The notes under the pieces are model-generated. The model had not been told where the DNA came from. It did no database searches and saw only the letters and a program-made list of their open reading frames with translations. From assembly GCA_919902995.1 (NCBI GenBank), contig CAKKSD010000032.1:20336-84335 (forward strand): DNA of 64,000 nucleotides, given 5' to 3'. A program made the translations under genes and the position numbers. The DNA comes from Thermodesulfovibrionia bacterium (GTDB lineage: Bacteria; Nitrospirota; Thermodesulfovibrionia; JACRGW01). Every line of letters begins with the position of its first letter. Within the stretch, counting starts at the first letter, position 1. Positions 26,086 to 35,115 of this stretch are shown here, in pieces.

Positions 26086-27231
26086 TTACCATTTCAGTTT
26101 TCTTATTACAATAGGAGTTATTATCGTGGTCATTAGAGACATCAGCACTATCGAGACATAGATATCCTGTCTGATGATCTTAGAGGTCAAACCTATCAAT
26201 GCAACTATCATAGCGACCTCACCCCTTGGAGACATCCCAAATCCTATAATGAGTGACTCTGTCTTATTATAACCAACTATTTTCGATGTAACTCCACATC
26301 CTACAACCTTTGTTAATATAGCAACAATAAGCAATACTGCAAAGAAGGGCAATATATCAATTGTCAACTCTCTGAGATTTGCGAGTATCCCCAAACTTAT
26401 GAAGAATATCGCCCCAAAGATTACATGGAGGTATTCTGCGCCCTCTTTTAAATCCTTGCTGTTTTTAAACTTTACCCCCTCTAATACTGCACCTGATAAG
26501 AAAGCGCCAACAATCGCCGATAGACCGATTACCTCAGCAATAGAGGCATACAAGAAACAGAACATTATCGACATGATAAACAAAAAATCAGGGAAATTTT
26601 TTGCAAATCTTTTTTCATCCACTTTCAGGAATAACTTCTTTAAATGTGGCGCTGCAAAGATCCCTGCAATTAAGAAGACCGTTGCCTTTATAGCTATCGT
26701 CAGGATTTCCACAACCTCTATATCCCCTGTTGTTGATTGAATAGTGACTGATAGTGCCAGTAATCCGAGGACATCGTCAATAACTGCTGCGCCGATTATT
26801 GCCTTTGCTGCAGGGGTGTTTAGCTTTTTCATCTCTTCCAGGACCTTTGCGGTAATGGCAATACTCGTTGCTGTCAGGGCGACCCCAATGAGCATCGATT
26901 CTTTAAAGCCGTAGCCAAAAAGATACCCTAAAAAATAACCAGCTATCCATGGAAGAATAATTCCGATCAGTCCTATCAACATATATTTCATCCGATAGAT
27001 ATCTCTGATCCTGAACTCCAGTCCTATGGAGAATAAGAGCATTATTGCCCCGAGATGGGCAAGCATCTTGATAGCAACGCTATACTCTATTACATGAAAA
27101 AGGCTTGGACCTATTGCTATCCCGACAATTATCACGCCCACAACTGCTGACTGGTTAATCCTCGAAGATAGCAGATAACCTGCGAGTGCAAAGAGCAAGA
27201 CTAAACTTATCTGTAGTTCAATAGTGGCCAT
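26086..27231 (-). CDS. Cation:proton antiporter (CPA2/NhaP-Kef-like Na+/H+ exchanger family)
   Basis: 381 aa, about 11 TM, N-terminus typical of the Na_H_Exchanger family. Confidence 0.75.
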   Translation of the reverse strand: MATIELQISLVLLFALAGYLLSSRINQSAVVGVIIVGIAIGPSLFHVIEYSVAIKMLAHLGAIMLLFSIGLEFRIRDIYRMKYMLIGLIGIILPWIAGYFLGYLFGYGFKESMLIGVALTATSIAITAKVLEEMKKLNTPAAKAIIGAAVIDDVLGLLALSVTIQSTTGDIEVVEILTIAIKATVFLIAGIFAAPHLKKLFLKVDEKRFAKNFPDFLFIMSIMFCFLYASIAEVIGLSAIVGAFLSGAVLEGVKFKNSKDLKEGAEYLHVIFGAIFFISLGILANLRELTIDILPFFAVLLIVAILTKVVGCGVTSKIVGYNKTESLIIGFGMSPRGEVAMIVALIGLTSKIIRQDIYVSIVLMSLMTTIITPIVIRKLKW

Positions 27232-27339
27232 CTGTTATATAATTTTGAAAGATATATTATAAACCATCTTACTCAAAGAACAATCACTGCCTGTTCCACA
27301 ACTTTTACTCGATAAAATTTTGAAAATGCCTGTGCCATC

Positions 27340-27759
27340 TTAGTGGCCTCCTGCCTTGAGTATCCCACTTGCTGCAAGGAGAAGGACTGCCACCTCAATT
27401 ATCGCTATCACCAGATAGGGCATATCCTTTTTTCTTAGGAGAATAGGTAATATAACGAGATAACAAATTATGGTTAACCCTGCAAGTATCGTTATGCCGA
27501 CATAGTTCAGATAGTCGCCTTTCCCGATCAAAGTTGCCCATCCCCATCCACTCGGTGCATTAAGGGTGTGGAGATAGTCCTTCACCTTCAGACCCCAGTA
27601 CTTTGGAAGTTCCTCTATAGGGACAAAGCTCTGGAATATCCCTGATACATAAACTATAAATGTTACGACGAGTATTAAAAGACCGATCCACATTCCGATG
27701 TTTAAGATATTTGCGTATGCCATCTGTTCCTCTGAGGCCTTTGTTCTATCGTCTGTCAT
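27340..27759 (-). CDS. DUF1634 family membrane protein
   Basis: 139 aa, 3-4 TM, encoded immediately downstream of TauE. Confidence 0.5.
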   Translation of the reverse strand: MTDDRTKASEEQMAYANILNIGMWIGLLILVVTFIVYVSGIFQSFVPIEELPKYWGLKVKDYLHTLNAPSGWGWATLIGKGDYLNYVGITILAGLTIICYLVILPILLRKKDMPYLVIAIIEVAVLLLAASGILKAGGH

Positions 27760-27804
27760 TTTCTCCCCTCTTTATTAATTAACTCAAATATAAACATTTG
27801 AATA

Positions 27805-27925
27805 TCATTCCTGCGAAAACAGAAATCCAAAAGCCATCCCCGCGAAAGCGGGGAACCATATAAAGGAACTGGGTTCCCGTTTTCACGGGAAACCCTGGAT
27901 TCCGCATCAAGTGCGGAATGACAGC
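27805..27925. repeat. REP-like hairpin cluster (ccccgcgaaagcgggg; gttcccgttttcacgggaaac; ctggattccgcatcaagtgcggaatgac)
   Basis: Family A members in inverted orientation. Confidence 0.7.
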
Positions 27926-27932
27926 AAAATCC

Positions 27933-28913
27933 TTATTCCCATACCCCAAGACCCTTAAGCAGGGCCCTTATCCCAGCAAAGAGTAAAAGTCCTATGACAA
28001 TCCATTTAATCGATTTTGGCTTTGCCTTTGCAAGTATCCTAACACCAACAATTGAACCGAGCATTATACCAATGATGGATGGGACAACAATCATTGGCAA
28101 TACTGCACCTTCGTTTAGATAAACCCAGGCAGCAGTTGTGTCTGTAATAGAAAGGAGAAACTTACTTGTGGCAACAGAGATCTTTAGTGGGGCCCCCATA
28201 AGGAGGTTTAAGACAGGGAGATTTGCCCACCCTGCACCGAGCCCGAACATGCCTGCCATTATGCCGATAGCTATAAATAGAACCAGCCCCTGTGGTGTCC
28301 TATGGATTCTCCATTCGATATCTTTTCCGAGGGATTCTTCCCTGTAAATTCCCATTATTCCCAGGCTCTGAGATAGGGTATCAGGTTTTGGGACGTTTGG
28401 GAAGGCAGATTTCTTTGCCGAGGCCATGATCACTACAATAAATATAATCGTTGCACCGAGAAGTGTCTGGATTATATGGGTTGGCATAGCAAGTCCGATC
28501 ATCGCACCTACTATTGCCGCAGATGATGCAATAAGTGCAACAGGTAGGGCAAGACGGAGACTTGCGAGGTTTCTCTTGAGAAGCCCCGGACCCGCTGCGA
28601 GGGCACCGGAAAGTGCGACAAGAAGACCGGCACCTCTCACAAAGTCGAGATGAAAAGGGAAAAAACCACCCACAATCGGGACAAACAAGACACCTCCGCC
28701 CACACCCCCTAAAACTGCAAGGATACCGAGAATAAATGTGACAACAAATAAGGAAAGAGGCCAGACCCACCAGGGTGGGTTTGAACCTGAAGCTACTCCT
28801 CTGACAATATCCTGACCTTCAGAGGCGAATACGGAGGGATTTAAGAATATAAACAATAGAGATAGAGAAGAAATAATCAATAGAACATTAAAAAAACTTT
28901 TTGAATTAATCAA
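27933..28913 (-). CDS. TauE/SafE (DUF81) family anion exporter
   Basis: 326 aa, repeated G-rich TM motifs (VLGGVGGGVLFVP; GMFGLGAGW). Confidence 0.75.
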   Translation of the reverse strand: MINSKSFFNVLLIISSLSLLFIFLNPSVFASEGQDIVRGVASGSNPPWWVWPLSLFVVTFILGILAVLGGVGGGVLFVPIVGGFFPFHLDFVRGAGLLVALSGALAAGPGLLKRNLASLRLALPVALIASSAAIVGAMIGLAMPTHIIQTLLGATIIFIVVIMASAKKSAFPNVPKPDTLSQSLGIMGIYREESLGKDIEWRIHRTPQGLVLFIAIGIMAGMFGLGAGWANLPVLNLLMGAPLKISVATSKFLLSITDTTAAWVYLNEGAVLPMIVVPSIIGIMLGSIVGVRILAKAKPKSIKWIVIGLLLFAGIRALLKGLGVWE

Positions 28914-28934
28914 TCTCTCCTCCTCAAATGACTG

Positions 28935-29006
28935 TCATGCTGAACTTGTTTCAGCATCCCCTATAGACCCTGTCTACGACTCGTAGAGAAACGAGTTCAG
29001 GGTGAC
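28935..29006. repeat. REP-like composite (gtcatgctgaacttgtttcagcatcc + ccctgtctacgactcgtagagaaacgagttcagggtgacat)
   Basis: Same family as 1714-1783, 2830-2936 and 63628-63699. Confidence 0.7.
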
Positions 29007-29179
29007 ATTTTCTTCTCACTTGTGGCATTTGTATATATGTGTTTCATTTAGCAATGAAGTATTTCTTTAGTGAAACGGTGTATATATTACTCTATAGAAA
29101 TATCAGGGTCAAGGAAAAGGGGATTTTATTTTTTTTATAAGGATATAAGGGGATAGTTAATTATAAAAGATTTCAGCAC

Positions 29180-29554
29180 TTATTGTTTCAGATGCTGACT
29201 CACAATCTGTAAAAGTTCCTGTATCAGAATCGGCTTCGTTAAATAGGCGCTTGCCCCGAGCGATAATGCCCTTTTTCTATCCTCTTCAGCCCCTTCTGTT
29301 GTAATCATTATTATAGGGACATCCTTTTTGGCTGGATCTGCCCTTACGAGGCTAACAAACTTAAGACCATCCATAACAGGCATATTTATATCAACAAAAA
29401 GCATGTCAAAATTCTGACCTACCATCTTTTTCAGTGCATCAACACCATCAGTAGCCTCCACTACCTTTGCCTTCTGGATCCTTTTAAGGGCAAAGGTGAT
29501 CAGTTGCCTCATCGTCGGTGAATCTTCAACTATAAGAAAGTTTATATCTGACAT
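29180..29554 (-). CDS. cheY: CheY-like single-domain response regulator
   Basis: 124 aa receiver, phospho-acceptor D in FDMLFVDINMP, K in YLTKP. Confidence 0.85.
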   Translation of the reverse strand: MSDINFLIVEDSPTMRQLITFALKRIQKAKVVEATDGVDALKKMVGQNFDMLFVDINMPVMDGLKFVSLVRADPAKKDVPIIMITTEGAEEDRKRALSLGASAYLTKPILIQELLQIVSQHLKQ

Positions 29555-29585
29555 CTCTAATCCCCCTTCAAAATATGGTGCCTTC

Positions 29586-30410
29586 TCATAGAGGTTTCTC
29601 GTTTAGAAGGTCAATGAAAGTCTGGATTGTTGTCAGTTTTCCTTCGGATTGCGTATAGAGCTTCGAAGAAAATATTGCCGTTGCTGTATGGCCGACTAAA
29701 AGATTGAAGAGTTCATAGTCAACATTTATAAAGCCCTTTTTCTGTATAAGGAGTGAATAGATTGCTATTACTCCTATTACTTTTTCTTTGATCTTAAGGG
29801 GTATGCAGACTACTGGTTTAGAGAGGTCTTTTGAGGTGCGTCCTGGAACAAGTTCTTCAAAGTAACTTTCTCCTGTTATTACTACCTCTCCTATAATCCC
29901 TTCTCCAGACTTTACTTTAGGGATATCTTCCTTATTAAGTCCCTCAGAGGCGATCACTTTTAGCTCTTCTGTCGTTTCATCCACAATCATAATAGCAAAT
30001 CTTTCAGCCCCGATGAGATTTGATACTATCTCGATAACAGTTCTTAATACCTCATTAAAATCGAGTGTGGAGTGGAGCTGGTAGCTTGCCACATACAGGT
30101 TAGCAAGATTATTATTCTCCTCTTCTACATCCAGATATTTAGCAGCAAAGTCTTTATTCTCTGCCTCCACCTGTCTATACCTCTCTTGAATCTCTTTCTT
30201 CTCTTTCTCTAAGATACGACTACGCTCCTCAAGGAATTTTACCCTGTTCTTACCCCTTTCCTTCAGTTCTTCCTCAAGCTCAACCAATTTAAACCTTAAC
30301 CTCTCATTCTCTTTAAGAAGTTCCTGTGTAAATTCCTCACCTTTTCTGAATATCTGAAGGAACTCCTCAGACTTTTTCTGAATTTTGCCTTCTTCTTTTC
30401 TGAGTCCCAA
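29586..30410 (-). CDS. Coiled-coil + GAF domain protein
   Basis: N-terminal about 100 aa heptad-rich (LKENERLRFKLVELEEELKE..), C-terminal GAF-like fold (FAIMIVDETTEELKVIASEG ... VCIPLKIKEKVIGVIAIYS). Confidence 0.55.
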   Translation of the reverse strand: MGLRKEEGKIQKKSEEFLQIFRKGEEFTQELLKENERLRFKLVELEEELKERGKNRVKFLEERSRILEKEKKEIQERYRQVEAENKDFAAKYLDVEEENNNLANLYVASYQLHSTLDFNEVLRTVIEIVSNLIGAERFAIMIVDETTEELKVIASEGLNKEDIPKVKSGEGIIGEVVITGESYFEELVPGRTSKDLSKPVVCIPLKIKEKVIGVIAIYSLLIQKKGFINVDYELFNLLVGHTATAIFSSKLYTQSEGKLTTIQTFIDLLNEKPL

Positions 30411-30437
30411 GTTATACCTCCCCTTTTAGTACCAAAT

Positions 30438-30508
30438 AGAGATTGCTTTGGCTCCGCCTCGCAATGACAGATAGGGAGCGTCATTCCGAGCGAAGCGAGG
30501 AATCTCGT
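30438..30508. repeat. Family B palindromic repeat (diverged copy)
   Basis: gagattgctttggctccgcctcgcaatgaca ... gtcattccgagcgaagcgaggaatctc. Confidence 0.6.
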
Positions 30509-30511
30509 TAT

Positions 30512-31576
30512 TTATTTCTCCTCCGTCATACACCTCTTGATAATTTCCTCAGGTATTTCCTTCAACGGGAGTATCTTATCAGCAGCCCCTGCAGTTATAA
30601 CCTCCTGTGGCATCCCAAATACAACAGAGGTTTCCTCAGACTCTACAATGGTCTGACCCTTATGCTCTTTTATCGCCTTCATACCATCCTTCCCATCGTT
30701 TCCCATTCCTGTAAGAATAACACCAAGTACCTTTCTTCCATAAACTGCTGCGGAAGACTTCATCATCAGATCTACCGAAGGGACATACTTATCAGTATTA
30801 CTTTTCCTTCTTAGTATTGTCTTAATATTTTCTCCCTTCTTTTCCAGGACCATATGATAACCTCCAGGTGCTATAAGAATCTTCCCCCTTTCAACAGTAT
30901 CTTCATCCTCGGCCTCTTTTACATAGAGGGGAGATATGGTATCAAGTCTTTCAGCAAAATGTTTTGTGAATCCTTCAGGCATATGCTGGGATATAACGAT
31001 CCCTGCAGGAAGGTTTTTCGGGAGTCTCAAAAGGATTGCCTGAATTGCAGGAGGTCCACCTGTTGATGCACCGATCGCAATAAGTTCAACTCCCTTTGGC
31101 TCAGGAAATACCTCTTCAACCTCTCTATACTTACTGCTATCACTCGTAAGGAGATCAAGATTAGCCTTCATCTTAGACATTTCAAGATGTGCGACTGCGC
31201 CAATCTTCTCTATAAGTTCATCTTTGATCTTCTGCAGTTCAGGTGATGCCCTGGCTGTCGGCTTTAAAATAAAATCTACTGCACCAAGCTCAAATGCCTT
31301 AAGGAAACTCCTGTCATCCGCGTAGAAGCTTACTACTATGACAGGTAGAGGGGATTCTTTCATTACCCATCTAAGGAAAGCGAAGCCATCCATAACCGGC
31401 ATCGCTAAATCGAGTGTCACTACATCAGGCTTGAATTTTATCACCCTTGACATCGCCTCCTTACCGTTAGAAGCGGTGCCGATTACATCGATAAAGGATG
31501 TCTGCTGAAGCATCCTTGTTATTGTCTGGCGGCTATACGGAGAGTCATCTACAACAAGAACCCTTATCTTCTCCAT
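30512..31576 (-). CDS. cheB: Protein-glutamate methylesterase/glutaminase CheB (REC + methylesterase)
   Basis: N-terminal receiver plus C-terminal CheB catalytic domain (GASTGGP ... HMPEGFT ... DGKDG). Confidence 0.9.
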   Translation of the reverse strand: MEKIRVLVVDDSPYSRQTITRMLQQTSFIDVIGTASNGKEAMSRVIKFKPDVVTLDLAMPVMDGFAFLRWVMKESPLPVIVVSFYADDRSFLKAFELGAVDFILKPTARASPELQKIKDELIEKIGAVAHLEMSKMKANLDLLTSDSSKYREVEEVFPEPKGVELIAIGASTGGPPAIQAILLRLPKNLPAGIVISQHMPEGFTKHFAERLDTISPLYVKEAEDEDTVERGKILIAPGGYHMVLEKKGENIKTILRRKSNTDKYVPSVDLMMKSSAAVYGRKVLGVILTGMGNDGKDGMKAIKEHKGQTIVESEETSVVFGMPQEVITAGAADKILPLKEIPEEIIKRCMTEEK

Positions 31577-32448
31577 CCCATCTCTCCTGTTAATACCGAT
31601 CTGGTGGGTTTCTGGTAAACAAGGTCATTCTTGAAATGCCTCAGCATGAAGTCTGTAGAAATATTCATTAAAGACTCGGAGTGACCTAAAAGGAGATAAC
31701 CCTCTTCTGTGAGTCTATCATAAAAATTATTGATTACCTTCTTCTTCGTGTCCCTGTCAAAATATATAATTACATTCCTGCAGAATATCACATCCATCTT
31801 ACCAACAAATCTTACCTTGAACGGATCTACGAGATTCAGAAGACTGAAGTTCACCAAACTCCTTACAGGATCCACAATTCTGTAATTCCCTTCTCCCTCG
31901 TCTGTGAAATACTTTCTGATATAATGATCATCTATACTTCTGAAGGCGTTCTTTCTGTAAATTCCTCTCCTTGCTGCATGAAGAACCCTCTGGTTTATAT
32001 CACTCCCCAGTATCTCTATCTCCCATTCAGGCATGAGATTTTTCTCAAGGATCAATATCGCAATTGTATAAGGCTCTTCACCTGTAGAACAACCTGCTGA
32101 CCATATCCTGAGTCTTTTTCTATCCTTCTTCCTCTCACCGATTTCAGGGATGATCTCATCGCTTAATGCCTTAAGCTGAGAGAACTCTCTAAAGAAGTAG
32201 GTCTCATTTACTGTCAGAATTTCTATTACCGATGTCAGCTCTTCATCTCTTCTTTTATCATACATCAAAAAATGGTAATAATCCTCAAAGTTATTTAAGA
32301 GATAATTCTCTACCCTCCTCGATAGTCTCTTCTCTAGGAGGAATTTGGATCCATCGTCGAAATATATTCCACAATAATTCCTTATAAAATCACGGATGAG
32401 CCTGAATGTATCATCAGACATCTTGAACGGCTCCTCTATCCCTATCAT
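31564..32448 (-). CDS. cheR: Chemotaxis protein methyltransferase CheR
   Basis: 294 aa; CheR N-terminal helical domain and SAM MTase domain (RIWSAGCSTGEEPY). Confidence 0.9.
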   Translation of the reverse strand: MIGIEEPFKMSDDTFRLIRDFIRNYCGIYFDDGSKFLLEKRLSRRVENYLLNNFEDYYHFLMYDKRRDEELTSVIEILTVNETYFFREFSQLKALSDEIIPEIGERKKDRKRLRIWSAGCSTGEEPYTIAILILEKNLMPEWEIEILGSDINQRVLHAARRGIYRKNAFRSIDDHYIRKYFTDEGEGNYRIVDPVRSLVNFSLLNLVDPFKVRFVGKMDVIFCRNVIIYFDRDTKKKVINNFYDRLTEEGYLLLGHSESLMNISTDFMLRHFKNDLVYQKPTRSVLTGEMGWRR

Positions 32449-34445
32449 TTCTTTCCTTTAAGTATATCATCCGCTGTCTTTCTGACCACTTCGTCTTCAT
32501 CTGTCTCAGCTACTTTAACGATATATTCTTTAACCTCCTTCTCAGAAAATCTCCCCAATATTTCCAATGCTGCCTTCCTTACACCCCAGTCTCTATCCGA
32601 AAGAAGAGGGAGAAGCTCCTTTAAGATTTCAATAGCCTGAACCTGATTAAAGGCCAGTTTAGAAAGTGTTCTGATGGTGATCTTTTTTAGTTCAGGGTCT
32701 TTTTCTCTAAGTAGTCTTAAGAGGTACGGAAGTGCTGACATATCTCTTATCTCTCCCAATGCCTCGATTACAGAGATCCTTACCATGTGGTCTTTATCAT
32801 CAAGGAGTTCGATAAGCGGAAGGACGGCATCTGGATTCTTAAGTTTTCCAATACCTCTTGCAACTGATGCTCTTACCCTGCTATTTTCATCTTTAAGAAG
32901 TATGATAAGGGAATCAATCCCCTTTTTATAACCAATTTCTCCGATGGCAATGGCCGATGCCATTTTTACCCGTGGTTTCTCATCGGTCAAGGCTGAAATT
33001 AAAAATCTTCCTGCCTCATCTCCCCCAATCATACCGAGTGCCTTAACAGCCGCCTCCCTTACTTCAGGTGATTCATCTTTGATAACAAAGCCAAGGGCTG
33101 AGACCGCCTTCTTCGCCCTTATCCTGCCTAAGATCAGGGCTATATTCTTTCTAAGATTTGATACCTTTGAAGAAAGCATAGGAAGGAGTTGTTCTACCTC
33201 AGCCCCTATCTCGACTATGGCAGTTACGGCAGATTCCTGGACATCATCGTATTCATCATTAAGGAAATCCATGAGTGGGGTTATAGCCCTTCTATCCTTT
33301 ATCTTCCCTAAGGCTATCATTGAGTTTCCCCGTACATGCCCGTCTTCATCAGATAGGGATTTTATCAGTGCCTCAACAGCATTACTATCACCTATCTCTC
33401 CTAAGAGATGGGATATACATCTCCTGATAATATTATCTGGGCTATCTAAGAAAGGGATAAGGGCATGGATAACACCACCCCTTCCGAGAATTAAGAGTGC
33501 CTCCATTATATCTTCTTGAAGTTCGTCTTCCTGGAGAAGATTTACAAGTGGCTCAACAGCCCTTTCATCCCCCACCCATCCTAAAAGCCTTACGGATGCT
33601 AATTTTATCTGAGCCTTCTCTCTTTTGAGTGACTGGAGCAGATAGTCTGATATCTCTCTATCAATATTTTCCTTTATAATTGTGATGACCTCATTATCCC
33701 GAGGGTTTTTCTTAGAAATATCTAAAATAACCTGCATTGCGATTTCTCTGATTGACCTCGAAGGATCCTTCAAGAATTTTATAACCGGAGCCAGTGCCCT
33801 TTTATCCCCAAGGGCACCAAGACCTTTTAAGGCTGCCTCTCTCAGTGGTTTCTCTTTAAGGGCATCAAGAAGTGGCTCGAGAACCCTTGAATCTCCAATA
33901 TTACCGATTGCAATAGCAGCAGGATAGCTAAGCCAGAGTTCCTTCTTTTTAAATATCTTCAAAAGGGGCTCTATTGCCTTCTCATCTCTCATCCTACCGA
34001 TATGTTCTATTGCAGAGAATCTGACATTATCATCCCTATCTGTTAATGCCTTAATAAAGAGAGGAGTAGCCATACTATCTCCAACTTCTCCAAGTATATC
34101 GACGATGAATTTTCTGACATCTTGATGAGCGTCCTCAAAACTGTTTATAAGAAATGGAACTCCCTCTTTACCTATCCCTATGAGTGCCTCAATAGCAGAA
34201 TTTCTCACCCCCGGGTTATCCTGAATACTAAGAGCTGAGATAAGGGCATCTATCACCCTTTTACCACCGATCTTGAGGAATGATTCAACAGAGGTCTTCC
34301 TGACACGCCAATCAGCATCTCCCAAGGTCTTAAGGAGGTGAGGGATAGATTCCTCACCATAATCAGCAAGCCCCAGGGAAGCTAATCTTCTTGTTTCCAC
34401 ATTTTCATCATCAAGGTTTTTTATCAGATCGGCGAAACTATCCAA
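32445..34445 (-). CDS. HEAT/PBS-lyase repeat protein (about 20 repeats)
   Basis: 666 aa of tandem about 31-aa units (VRxxAxxALGxIGDxxAVxxLxxLLxD). Embedded in the che operon. Confidence 0.75.
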   Translation of the reverse strand: MDSFADLIKNLDDENVETRRLASLGLADYGEESIPHLLKTLGDADWRVRKTSVESFLKIGGKRVIDALISALSIQDNPGVRNSAIEALIGIGKEGVPFLINSFEDAHQDVRKFIVDILGEVGDSMATPLFIKALTDRDDNVRFSAIEHIGRMRDEKAIEPLLKIFKKKELWLSYPAAIAIGNIGDSRVLEPLLDALKEKPLREAALKGLGALGDKRALAPVIKFLKDPSRSIREIAMQVILDISKKNPRDNEVITIIKENIDREISDYLLQSLKREKAQIKLASVRLLGWVGDERAVEPLVNLLQEDELQEDIMEALLILGRGGVIHALIPFLDSPDNIIRRCISHLLGEIGDSNAVEALIKSLSDEDGHVRGNSMIALGKIKDRRAITPLMDFLNDEYDDVQESAVTAIVEIGAEVEQLLPMLSSKVSNLRKNIALILGRIRAKKAVSALGFVIKDESPEVREAAVKALGMIGGDEAGRFLISALTDEKPRVKMASAIAIGEIGYKKGIDSLIILLKDENSRVRASVARGIGKLKNPDAVLPLIELLDDKDHMVRISVIEALGEIRDMSALPYLLRLLREKDPELKKITIRTLSKLAFNQVQAIEILKELLPLLSDRDWGVRKAALEILGRFSEKEVKEYIVKVAETDEDEVVRKTADDILKGKK

Positions 34446-34469
34446 GATTTTTTCTCCTAAATACTCTCT

Positions 34470-34610
34470 GTCATTCCTGCGGAAGCAGGAATCCAGAGAA
34501 ACAAAAAACTGGATTCCGCATCAAGTGTCGAAGACCCGACCCATAGGGCGGAATGACAGAAATAAGGTAACCCTGTAGCAAGCTACAGGGAATTATCAAG
34601 TTGATTAAAT
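34470..34610. repeat. REP-like cluster (gtcattcctgcggaagcaggaatccag; ctggattccgcatcaag..ggcggaatgac; ccctgtagcaagctacaggg + ggaattatcaagtt)
   Basis: Family A members plus a tail motif shared with 6150-6200. Confidence 0.7.
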
Positions 34611-34624
34611 CCGTGAAATCAATC

Positions 34625-35098
34625 TTATGCCTTTTCAGTATCTTCTATTGATTCAAGAACAAGCATCTCTTCGGTAGAGAGGATCTTATCGAGATTCAGT
34701 ATTATTATTAACTTTTCCCCTACCTTTCCAACACCTTCGAGATATTCGGTTTTTATTCCCTTAACGATAGTTGGGGGAGACACTATATCTTCCCTTGAGA
34801 GACAGCGTACATCACTTATTCCATCCACCTGAAGTCCAACTATCTCTTCCCCTACCCGGATTAATAATATCCGTTCATTCCCATGTCTGTCAGTAGGTTC
34901 AATACCGAATCTTTTTCTGAGATCTACTATAGGGATAACCTTTCCTCTCAGGTTTAACACCCCCTCTATAAAATCCGGACTCATAGGAAGTCTTGTTACC
35001 TTTTGTGGTCTAAGAATCTCAACCACTCTCATTATATCTATCGCATATTCCTCTTCACCTACGGAAAAAATAGCTAATCTGGTTTCTTGATCTTCCAT
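34625..35098 (-). CDS. cheW: Chemotaxis coupling protein CheW
   Basis: 157 aa single CheW domain. Confidence 0.9.
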   Translation of the reverse strand: MEDQETRLAIFSVGEEEYAIDIMRVVEILRPQKVTRLPMSPDFIEGVLNLRGKVIPIVDLRKRFGIEPTDRHGNERILLIRVGEEIVGLQVDGISDVRCLSREDIVSPPTIVKGIKTEYLEGVGKVGEKLIIILNLDKILSTEEMLVLESIEDTEKA

Positions 35099-35115
35099 AT
35101 AAATCAGTCCTTGAG

